64,000 nt of DNA from Octopus sinensis (lineage: Eukaryota): the NCBI RefSeq assembly GCF_006345805.1, contig NC_042998.1, positions 20,460,001 to 20,524,000 on the forward strand. Direction: 5' to 3'. The translations under genes were made by a program, and so were the position numbers. This document shows positions 1-9,827 of this stretch, piece by piece. The first letter of the stretch is position 1; each line of letters starts with the position of its first letter. A model generated the notes under the pieces. That model was given only the letters and a program-made list of their open reading frames with translations. It did no database searches and was not told the DNA's origin.

Positions 1-204
1 ATTAAAAAGATGCTTTTTTTCTATGAAAATCCCTAACTTTTACGATTTTTTGACAGCTGTGTCGCCATTTTTCGGTATATTTCAACCAGAAAAATGTTCA
101 CTTAAAGAGAATAACAAGCTACATAATGCAAACTTTTTACTTTTCAGAAATTCCAATTCTAAAGGGTCGAAACAAACCCGAGCAACGCCGGGAGATAATG
201 CTAG
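1..204 (+). mobile_element. 3' end of non-autonomous Helitron
   Basis: Subterminal hairpin CCCGAGCAACGCCGGG (177-192) followed by CTAG|T at 201-205. The same 16-nt hairpin occurs in the complete copy at 41791-42090. Confidence 0.75.
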
Positions 205-1550
205 TATTGTATACAAATAAGCGTGAAAATTAGCACATTTTAAAAATATATCATCGGAGTCGACATATTTTTTAAAAAAAAACATCAACCCAAATATATG
301 ATTTGTTACATAAGTAAAATTAGCTAAGAGTGTAGTTTTAGATAATTTACTAGCACTTGGTATTTTCGTTACTTTAGCGATTCTAAATATTTAGTTCCCA
401 CATCATGTTAAATTCGGTCTTACAACAGACTTGCCGATCAAGTTACTATACATTTCGCTAAACTTTGCAATCATTTCAAAACTGTAGCAGAATTTATAGG
501 GTATCCGATTGCAATTCTTTCACCATCTATCTCTAAAAGTGTCTTCTGTGTGATTGTACAACTGTATAATGCAAAACAACCCGTCTCGTGTATACGGCCA
601 GAGGTGTCGATTACCAGTGGTTTAATCTACATACACACACATGTATGCCAATGCAGTAGCTTTGGCCTCAATCTGGTTCTATAGATAGAAAATAAAAGGA
701 GAGGGCTTTGTTGATAGTTTTTCTTTTTAGAATTATCTTTTCACTCAACGTTGTTTACCAAATGCTGTATAAGAACAGTTGTCTGGCTCTACGTTTGACC
801 ATGATAGAATGTTTAGTAAGGTTTGGTGAAAATATCTAAGAATACACTCTACATGAAAACTAAATGGTAAATTTGGTGTTAACATATTTAATATAGTGAA
901 CAAAGAAATTTTAATTAATCTAAATTATATTTGTAATTACACAACAATTAAAAGAGAACTGTTGCTTCCAGCAGTGAACTGTACATTTTCAAGATTACAG
1001 CATTATTATTGCCGTATGCTGGTTGTGTAGCAACCAAATTCTCTCTCAAATCGCGCTCAGCTTTCTCAAAAAGAGGAAGGACATAGATTATTTAGTCCAT
1101 GATACAATATGTCTATACAAAAGATTGCATGTTCTCGGCTAGAACACTCTTGATTAGGGACCTGTTCGATCATAGCTTCCTCGACAACCACCTATTACCA
1201 TCTTGTAGAGTTGTTTTTTATCTGGTTCTTCTTTTGGCGGTGGAATAGAAATATTTTTTATTAACCATCGTTTAACAAAAGTTAATGGGATAAAATTAGT
1301 TTGTTAAACTTATAGGAATAGTAACCGAATATTATGTACATAAGCATTTCTGACAGATAACTCTCTTTAATGGAAACATAGTAATATTAATGATAATTTT
1401 CCCAAGGACCGATATACTTTATATTTTCTAACTTTTATAACTCTTCTCGATATTGTGAACCTCGCTCGAGTCCATCCCTTTCTAAGAGATTCAACTAAGC
1501 AGTAAAAGAAAACTTGCGAATTACCTATTAAATACACATTACTGAGTTAT

Positions 1551-2266
1551 ACTTCTTTCTTTACTACCCACGAGGGGCTTGTAGTGACGTCATTTTCCTG
1601 TGTGCGTGTGCGGAACGTCATTCTTCAGTGTGCGTGTGCGGGGCTGGAACCTTCTGGAAAGGCCTAAGGAAGTTCCCTCATGCACATGCACTAGAGACTG
1701 GGGAAGAAAATTCCATCGCGTTCCTTGTTAGCGTCGGTGACTTGAGACACGGCTATTGAAGAGAGAGGACGTGTTTAAACGTGTGATTAGCCTATTCTTC
1801 TGTCCCAGACGCTTGGGATTTGACCCGCTCTGTTGCTGCTGAATTTGTTGTGAGGTTTATCTTACAAGTGTTAAACTTCAGCCTTGCTATATCGAACCAA
1901 GTCGTTACCAATATTTTGTAAATAAGAAAATAAAGAGTCATATTGTTTTCAAGGTTGCGTTCTTGTTCCTAATTTTTTCTGGAAACAAAAGAAAGGAAAT
2001 TGTGTTGCACCCAAGCAGTGTAAAGATACAACCTGTTCCAACCAGTTCCTTTACAGGCTAAACACAGAGGGGACAAACAAGGACAGACAAACAGATTAAG
2101 CCGATTACATCGACCCCAGTACGTAACTGGTACTTAATTTATCGACCCCGAAAGGATGAAAAGCAAAGCCGACCTTGGCAAAATTTGAACTCAGAACGTA
2201 ACGGCTGACGAAATACTGCTAAACATTTCGCCTGGTGAGCTAACGTTTCTGCCAGCTCGCCGCCTT
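1551..2266 (-). mobile_element. tRNA-derived SINE family A, interrupted by a solo LTR
   Basis: Reverse complement of the family A sequence (ggcggcgagctggcagaaacgttagc...ccccttgtgggtagtaaagaa). It is split at aggggct|aaacacag by the 1580-2055 insert. Confidence 0.85.
1580..2055 (+). mobile_element. Solo LTR (476 bp), probably Gypsy-type
   Basis: TGTA...TACA termini, 4-bp target duplication GGCT (1576-1579 / 2056-2059) inside a SINE whose uninterrupted sequence is known from other copies, and AATAAA near 1928. The superfamily is inferred only from TSD length. Confidence 0.8.
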
Positions 2267-2760
2267 TTGCTGAGTTATACCTACTTGAAGTATAAATTTA
2301 CACATAAATGATTCCACACCATCACGACCCACTTTGCAAATCAACATCTTTTGCGATTATTTTACGTGAGGTCTAGTACTGCAATCATTATATCTATAAA
2401 AATGACTTTATATTCTCCGTTTCTTTATTTTGGCACTACGGTCATAACATAGAGGGGACAACACAAGGAGACAGACAAAGCAATACATTGGGGTACATGA
2501 AAATACATATCGGATGAATTATGGACATAATTAAAACGAGAATAAAATGGCTTTCCTACCCGCCCAAAGTAGGTAGTTCCATTTTACTGTTTTTTTAAAT
2601 TACAGTTTTAATTTACAATCTTGTATCTTTTCCTTAACACAAAATTACAACAAATGCTGCATTGATTCGTTAAAATATACATCAGCCGGAAACTCGTCAT
2701 ATCTATACTGAAATGGTATTATTTCAACTCTTTTTTTCCAAATAGTTCTACTAACCACTA

Positions 2761-3259
2761 AGGCGGCGAGCTGGCAGAAACGTTAGCACGCCAGGTGAAA
2801 TGCTTAGCGATATTTCGTCTGCCGTTACGTTCTGAGTTCAAATTCCGCCGAGGTCGACTTTGCCTTTCATCCTTTCGGGGTCGATAAATTAAGTACCTTT
2901 TTTTTTTTTACTACCCACAAGGGGCTAAACACAGAAGGAACAAACAAGGACAGACAAACGGATTAAGTCGATTACATCGACCCCAGTGCGTAACTGGTAC
3001 TTAATTTATCGACCCCGAAAGGATGAAAGGCAAAGTCGACCTCGGCGGAATTTGAACTCAGAACGTAACGGCAGACGAAATACGGCTACGCTTTTCGCCC
3101 GGCGTACTAACGTTTCTGCCAGCTCACCGCCTTATGCCATAAGGGTCGATAAATTAAGTACCAGTTACGCACTGGGGTCGATGTAATCGACTTAATCCGT
3201 TTGTCAGTCCTTGTTTGTCCCCTCTGTGTTTAGCCCCTTGTGGGCAATAAAGAAATAAG
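2761..3259 (+). mobile_element. SINE family A, host of a nested antisense copy
   Basis: Head at 2761-2897 and 3' half at 3143-3259 match family A. Confidence 0.85.
2898..3142 (-). mobile_element. SINE family A with poly(A) tail, inserted into another family A copy
   Basis: Full antisense copy with a T-run at 2898-2909 and a 20-bp TSD gggtcgataaattaagtacc (2878-2897 / 3143-3162). Confidence 0.85.
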
Positions 3260-3368
3260 TTCTACAAACCACTCCCCTCTTTCTCTCTCCAACAGCACAT
3301 CCTTCTTACCTTCAAGGTTTCCCATTTTCACTCTGATAATATTTTTCATTGTTGTTACTCTCTTTTCA

Positions 3369-3757
3369 GTGGAGGCGCAATGGCCCAGTGGTTAGGGTAG
3401 CGGACTCGCGGTCGTAGGATCGCGGTTTCGATTCCCAGACCGGGCGTTGTGAGTGTTTATTGAGCGAAAACACCTAAAAGCTCCACGAGGCTCCGGCAGG
3501 GGATGGTGGTGATCCCTGCTGTACTCTTTCACCACAACTTTCTCTCACTCTTACTTCCTGTTTCTGTTGTGCCTGTATTTCAAAGGGCCGGCCTTGTCAC
3601 TCTCTGTGTCAAGCTGAATTTCCCCGAGAACTACGTTAAGGGTACACGTGTCTGTGGAATGCTCAGCCACTTACACGTTAATTTCACGAGCAGGCTTTTC
3701 CGTTGATTCGGATCAACCGAAACCCTCGTCGTCGTAACCGACGGAGTGCTTCCACAC
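3369..3757 (+). mobile_element. tRNA-derived SINE family B (tail type 1)
   Basis: tRNA-like head GGCGCAATGGCCCAGTGGTTAGGG...GGTTTCGATTCCC with A/B-box-like motifs and a 12-bp TSD actctcttttca. Near-identical copies lie at 17598 and 43509. Confidence 0.9.
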
Positions 3758-4199
3758 ACTCTCTTTTCAATTTCGACGCTTTTTTTTAATATACTATGAG
3801 ACTTCTTAAGTCTCTCCCTGTAGGTATCGTTCTCTGATATCCTTTACCACTCTCTTCGTCAGTCATAAATCTCTCTCTCTCTCTCTCTAATTCGCTGTCT
3901 TTTTCGTTTCCTTTCTTCTTTCGTACTCTTTCTTCTTTGCTATTTGAAGGCGACGGTTCGTGCGTTCGCATTTCACTTGGTTTTTCATTTGGTTTTCCAA
4001 TTTTTTTTCCCTCTTTTCTTTCTTATTCTCCTCTTCGTTTGTCTTTCTTTCTTTTTTTCTCCTTGGGACTTTTTGGTAGTGATTCTAAGTTCTTTTTTTC
4101 TTTTCACCACCGTAAATGGCTCCTCCATTTTTTTCTTCCCCTACAGCTGTACTCTCTTCTTCTTGAATTTATTTTTCTGTTATTTCCTTCTCGTGTTTC

Positions 4200-4420
4200 T
4201 GGGGACACTTGGCCTCCATGTGTCCCCTTACTCAACACAAAAAACATATTGGAGGTCTACCCTCCATAACAATCCTCAATCTAGTTTCGTCCAGCAAAAC
4301 CAGCTCTTCCACAATCTTATGTAAGTCTGGTAGACTTACATGGACTATTACCTCTAGCACATATCCTCACCAGTTCACCTCCGTAGTTTTGGACATTTTC
4401 AAAATTTCTACATTTTCCTT
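4200..4420 (-). pseudogene. Degraded ORF1 fragment of a second Tx1/L1-like LINE family
   Basis: Minus-strand translation LRIVMEGRPPICFLC*VRGHMEAKCP (CCHC knuckle) aligns with LYIVVEGRRPRCYLCGSETHLKKTCP in ORF1 of the 9447-15523 element. Confidence 0.65.
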
Positions 4421-4489
4421 TGTATGGTAGAGGATAGCTGCCACCAGCCATGCCTCGTCAATTTCAGGGGACACTCTACCTATCCTTAC

Positions 4490-4740
4490 TCTGGCCGCAC
4501 GTTTGCCACATTTTCGGCTTCGCATGCCCGTGCTCTTTCTAAAACTTGCACCATAGCACCCTCAGGAGTTTCAAACCCCACTTCTTCGATTTCTCTATTG
4601 ATGTTCTCCTTCAGTTGCACCAGGGTCTTCGGTTTGTTGACGTAAACCATCTCTTTCGGGTATCTCCGCAAGAAAATTCAGGGCTAGTCAAGTCTGGGGA
4701 ACGTAAAGGCCAGTTGGCATTGCCGTAGCGGGAGAGTAGG
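4490..4740 (-). pseudogene. Tc1/mariner-superfamily transposase C-terminal fragment
   Basis: WPLRSPDL motif, then VYVNKPKTLVQLKENINREI, with a frameshift. Confidence 0.75.
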
Positions 4741-4743
4741 ATC

Positions 4744-5127
4744 TTTTCGGTTTGAACGGCAGTTTTAAAAATAATTTCCACGTAACTAAACACTTTTAAA
4801 CTAATACTGGTAGAATGTGTTTATAAAACATCTTTTTCTCTTGGCTTTATTGAGAAAATTCTATAGTTTGTAAGATATTGGTCTTTAATTTCTTGCATTT
4901 CAGCAATTTCAACCAATCAATGACAGTCTATTGAGGTGAAAACATTCCGTGCCGTATGAATACGTCCCTCGTTTAAGAAACAGATTGGGTTTATTTACAT
5001 TTGTGAAGAAAAAAAGATACCCTCACCCTAAAACAGATTGAAATGCAATAGATCGATACTAGGGTCATAATTATGGGTGACAATTTCATATGACACCACT
5101 AGAAAAAACTGTCGTTCAAACCGAAAA
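4744..5127. mobile_element. MITE with 23-bp terminal inverted repeats
   Basis: ttttcggtttgaacggcagtttt (4744-4766) and aaaactgtcgttcaaaccgaaaa (5105-5127) differ by one mismatch. The interior is non-coding. Confidence 0.7.
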
Positions 5128-5234
5128 ATTCCGGAGATTATTCTCTCGCCAAAGCAGTGCCGTAGCAACTGCATAGTTTCTCTTGCGGTATGAGCAGTTG
5201 CCCCATCTTGCTAGCACCATGTGTGAAGTCTACT

Positions 5235-5617
5235 CTGAATGGCCTTTACGTTCCCCAGACTTGAGTAGCCTGGATTTTTTCTTGTGGAGATACCTGAAAG
5301 ATAGGGTTTAATTCAACAAACCGAAAACCCTGGTGCAACTGAAGGAGAACATCAGTAGAGAAATCAGAGAGTTTGAGACTGTTGGGGGTGTTATGGTGCA
5401 AGTTTTGGTAAGAATACGGGCGTGCGAAGCTGAAAATGGCTGCCATTTAAGCGATGTCATTCTTTGTATGTGATGTAGTGGTGTTGCAAAATTTGACTAA
5501 TGCTTATTAATTTCTATTATGTCCTTTACATTGTATCAACATTTCATACATTTATTTGTAAAGTTAAGAATGTTATTAAAAATTGAAACCCGTCAGTGAC
5601 TTTTGGGACACCCTGTA
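5235..5617 (+). mobile_element. Mariner-like (maT/DD37D-type?) transposon 3' end with TIR
   Basis: EWPLRSPDLSSLDFFLWRYLKDRV*FNKPKTLVQLKENISREI, ending in ttttgggacaccctg|TA (CAGGGTGTCCCAAAA-type TIR plus TA target). The subfamily is inferred. Confidence 0.75.
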
Positions 5618-5910
5618 TATATTTTCACATTTATATATAATCAATTTTATACAATGGTTGTTAATGTCATTTTTAATAATATTTTGAAGAGAGGCTTATA
5701 ATATGCAACTTTATACGATTGTCTGATATGGAAGAAAACGATTCAAGAAAACAATAATTTCTTTTAATAGGTGTTAGACACTGAAGCATTCATAACGACA
5801 TTTATATGCGTGTGCATATGTATAAACGTATATGTGAATATATGTTTATACGTACGGTGTATATTTATGTTTATACGTATGTATGTATTTATGTGTGTCT
5901 GTATGTGTGT

Positions 5911-5943
<33 letters not shown>

Positions 5944-5944
5944 T

Positions 5945-6328
5945 AATCAATATAAGGGTAGCAAAAAATTCAAGAAAAATTTTTCGCCAAAAACCAAAAA
6001 TTATTATGTGCGTTTCACTAACATCAGATGATTAGTAGATATTGTTTTATTTCGGGTGGGTCATTTTTAGAATCTTTTTACCAAATAGACACACGCACAA
6101 TATATTCGTTCTTCACTCGTTTATTACTGTTCATATTTTACGTTATAACCAAAAAATAAGCAACAAGAATGGATCGGTAGTTTAGTACAATTGTTTCATA
6201 CTATAAACATTTTATTTATAATAAAATGTTTATAGTATGAAACATTTTATTTATAATAAAATGTTTATAGTATGAAACAATTGTACTAAACTACCGATCC
6301 ATTCTTGCTGCTTATTTTTTGGTTATAA
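5945..6328 (-). repeat. PLE pLTR-like element with a 186-bp fold-back palindrome (6143-6328)
   Basis: Arms match with one mismatch and there is an internal 35-bp tandem duplication. Each arm carries the hammerhead 3' half GAAACAATTGTA. The distal part recurs at ~15740-15893. Confidence 0.7.
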
Positions 6329-6503
6329 TCACCCCACATAATTTTATGGGTAATACCATAAAAATATTCTGGTGCATCTAAGTTAAGTACCATATTCATT
6401 TGAATCTAAATTGTTTTGCTGAAATTATATATATATATATATATATATATGAAAAAACAAGTCAAAAATAGAAAATGCTAAAATAATTTTATAGTGAACA
6501 TTT

Positions 6504-6541
6504 CAGTACCGGTTTCGGTTATTTTGAGACCTTTTCAACTG
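6504..6541 (-). ncRNA. Minimal type I hammerhead ribozyme motif (U3-A8 variant)
   Basis: CAG TTGAAAA GGTC-TCAAAAT-AACC GAA ACCGGT A CTG, with one mismatch in helix II. Confidence 0.6.
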
Positions 6542-7225
6542 TAATGATTAAATAATTAAATTTAGAAAAATTAGAAGAAAAGTTTTTTTAAAGGAATATT
6601 TCTATAGTAGTGTTCAGATATAAGTAGCATTCTGCCTTTCTCTGACTCCCTTGTTTGCACTTGTGTGTTGGAGGTCGTTGTGAGTTCTTGGTAGGGTAGT
6701 AAAGGAAGAAGGCTGATGAGGAAAGGGGGTGGGAGAATCTGGGAGTGCCCTGATGGTCGTATTTTGAATGGTCAGTGGCGGCTGGCAGTCGCAGTTCAAT
6801 TCAGGAGAATATTTCTATTGAAAGGCTTGTTTATAGAATTTGCGTAGGTGTTATACTAAAAAACATTAGTGACAAAGTTAAGGGGTAGAAGGTGGAGAAG
6901 TAGTAGAAGAAAAGAAGAAGAAGAAGAAGAAGAAGAAGATGACGATGTTGATGATGATGATGATAAGAAGAAGAGGAGAAGGAGAAGGAGAAGATGACGA
7001 TGATGGTGATGGTGGTGATGGTTATGACGACGATGATGATGATAATGATGATGATAAGAAGAAGAGAAGAAGAAAAAAACAGAGAAGGGAGAATATGAAT
7101 GGGTTAATAGAGGTGTTGTATGACTTGAAGTGGCATGTTATGGATTATAGCTGTGATTAGTAATGGATTCTTTGGAATGTAATATTTGTGTGTGAATATT
7201 TCTTTTATTCTAAAGTTGAGGTATA

Positions 7226-7652
7226 TTAATTGTTTGTCGTAGACCCGTTAAGAAGTGGCCTGTATTTTGCAATAAAGAGAGTTTCTTTACTTATTCGTTG
7301 TCTCGAGGTTGTATCGTCCGTCCCTAAATTGGTAGAGGGGGAAAATCCTGAAGCTTGGTGTTTTTTTTTTGGCGCAAGTATCTATGTGTTGCTAAAAGCT
7401 ATTTTTCTGTTTTGGGGAATTTTTATCTGGGATCTGTGCAGGGCCATTCGTTTACGCAAACTATTTTTTGTTTGGCCTATGTACTGCTCTTGACACCCGG
7501 AGCAGGTTAGTGAGTATATTAGGTTCTCCGAAGCACATGTGAAGTTGCTTTTCACTGTAAACTGTTGTCCCTGTTTGAAGGAGAACTCTGATCCATCAAT
7601 TAGATAGTCGCATATCCCGCAATTGGGTCTTCCATATTTTTTTACTGTCGGC
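7226..7652 (-). pseudogene. GIY-YIG endonuclease domain of a PLE (frameshifted)
   Basis: Hand translation gives GRPNCGICDYL...NFTCASENLIYSLTCSGCQEQYIGQTKNSLRKRMALHRSQI...KETLFIAKYRPLLN. It is homologous to ORF 26401-26937. Confidence 0.85.
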
Positions 7653-8151
7653 TTCTGTCATCGTCGTCATAACCATCACCACCATCACCATCATCGTCAT
7701 CTTCTCCTTCTCCTTCTCCTTCTTCTTCTTCATCATCATCATCAACATCGTCATCTTCTTCTCCTTCTTCTTCTTCTTCTTCTTCTTCTTCTACTTCTCC
7801 ACCTTCTACCCCTTAACTTTGTCACTAATGTTTTTTAGTATAACACCTACGCAAATTCTATAAACAAACCTTTCAATAGAAATATTCTCCTGAATTGAAC
7901 TGCGACTGCCAGCCGCCACTGACCATTCAAAATACGACCATCAGGGCACTCCCAGATTCTCCCACCCCCTTTCCTCATCAGCCTTCTTCCTCTACTACCC
8001 TACCAAGAACTCACAACGACCTCCAACACACAAGTGCAAACAAGGGAGTCAGAGAAAGGCAGAATGCTACTTATATCTGAACACTACTATAGAAATATTC
8101 CTTTAAAAAAACTTTCTTCTAATTTTTCTAAATTTAATTATTTAATCGTTA

Positions 8152-8189
8152 CAGTTGAAAAGGTCTCAAAATGACCGAAACCGGTACTG
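8152..8189 (+). ncRNA. Minimal type I hammerhead ribozyme motif (U3-A8 variant)
   Basis: CAG TTGAAAA GGTC-TCAAAAT-GACC GAA ACCGGT A CTG: 3-bp helix I, 4-bp helix II, palindromic helix III, GUA cleavage triplet. Confidence 0.7.
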
Positions 8190-8310
8190 AAATGTTCACT
8201 ATAAAATTATTTTAGCATTTTCTATTTTTGACTTGTTTTTCATATATATCAACTCGTGTGTTCCTTTTCACCCTTATACACACACACACATATATATATA
8301 TATATTATAT

Positions 8311-8368
<58 letters not shown>

Positions 8369-8759
8369 ATGTGTGCGTATTGTGTGTGTGCAATTCTGTT
8401 TCTAACAACACCATGCATAATACATCAGATTAATTCAGATGAGTTTTAAGTCGGGGAAAAAAAGAATTGTGCTTGAGAAAATATATTGTAAATAGTTCCG
8501 TTTCTCTTCCAACATTACATCCCTTCAGGGTCCGACAAAATAAATAACTGCGCTATTCTGTTTTTTATTTCATCGTTTGTTTTGACCCTTTGAATGTTTT
8601 CAATTTCACCAAGTAAAAAAAAATTATTTATTTCTTATAATTAACACAAAACCAAATATATTTGACTGACAGCCAAGACCGCCTCAGCGGGACTTGATCT
8701 TATAACATCAAGGAACGTAACAAAATGCCGCAAAGCATATAGTCCGGTGCTATAGCAAT

Positions 8760-9408
8760 TCTACGGAAAAGACCACGGGAATCTTGGGTAATAGTGCCAT
8801 GCAAAAAGAAAAGAAATTACAGGAAGTGGCTCTCTTTTTTCCTTTCGCTTTTTTTTTTTGTTTTTGGTTCATAGAATTGTGCTCAAGATGGCTCCGTCAT
8901 TCACACGTTGATGAGAAATTGACCAGAGAGGAAAGTGTTTGCCTCTAGACCTTTCAGACGTGTCCACTATACACACTATTTCGCCATAGCCACACGCCAT
9001 AGCCACACGCCATAGCCACACGCCATAGCAGTCGTTCGACATAGGCGCACAGGTCGGAAATGGTTGAACACTGTACGAGTGCGTGCAGAACGGTTTCGTC
9101 GCTCTGACCGCATCTCAGACAGTCGGCCCCGTGTTTCTCGAGCCATGCCTGTAGAGCTTATCCCGAACGGGTAGCGCTTCTCGATAGTACTGCCAGGCCA
9201 GGGATCTCTGGAAGTTGCCAATAGGTCCCGACCCGAAAGTCGTCTTGAACAGGCGGGTCAGGTATTCCTCGTCGACGCCCAGGTTCGCCCCGAGATCGTA
9301 GTCTTACCTCCCCTCTACTAATACCCTATAGAATGCTTTGGTTGTATTGAAGTCACTCAAGGTCGACCCGGGACGGCATAGTTGCATGAGAGCAACGCGA
9401 CACTCGCG

Positions 9409-9409
<1 letters not shown>
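8760..9409 (-). mobile_element. Older 5'-truncated, internally deleted copy of the Tx1-like LINE 3' region
   Basis: Colinear with ~9720-10545 of the adjacent element (for example ctacggaaaagaccacgg and gagagcaacgcgacactcgcg), with deletions. Its 5' break abuts the GATA array. Confidence 0.85.

Positions 9410-9410
<1 letters not shown>

Positions 9411-9446
<36 letters not shown>
9411..9446. repeat. (GATA)n microsatellite at the 3' junction of the LINE
   Basis: Nine perfect GATA units. Confidence 0.95.
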
Positions 9447-9827
9447 TGTTTCTTTATTAGCCACACAGGGCTGCACACAGATAGAACAAATTACAAGGTA
9501 GAGCTTTTCTTTTGAAGGTTTAAAAAAAAAAAAAAAAAGGAAGGGGGAGTTTCGATCAAAAGGGATCGTAAAAGGAGAGAAAGAGGACAAAAAAGGGGGG
9601 TTAAAAAAAAAGGGGGAGAGGAAAAAAAAAAAAAATTTGATCAATAGGGATCGTTATCACAGGAATGTCAATATGAAGTGTAAAGGGGAGGACAGGTGAG
9701 GTTTACCCGTGGAAAGAAAAGCCTACGGAAAAGACCACGGTAACCTCGGTCAATGGAGTCACATGTTATATATCTTTTTTTTTTTTTTTTTTGCAAATAA
9801 GCAACTCTCTGTTTTCAATTTCTGGGT

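Larger units (their letters stand above)
6451..8241 (-). mobile_element. Penelope-like element: 5'-truncated GIY-YIG end flanked by ~590-bp inverted pLTR arms
   Basis: Near-identical inverted arms at 6451-7036 and 7658-8241, a GIY-YIG relic between them, a hammerhead motif in each arm, and (TA)n at both outer ends. Confidence 0.85.

Noticed and set aside
3370-3445. tRNA gene-like sequences (also at 17600, 22927, 40045, 43509, 63701 and heads of families A and C)
   Set aside because: These are SINE heads: the acceptor stem is incomplete, and they continue into SINE bodies flanked by TSDs.
6614-8080. Two near-identical 61-aa ORFs (MNCDCQPPL...)
   Set aside because: The duplication simply reflects the inverted pLTR arms. 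They start at a non-ATG codon and have no support as a gene.
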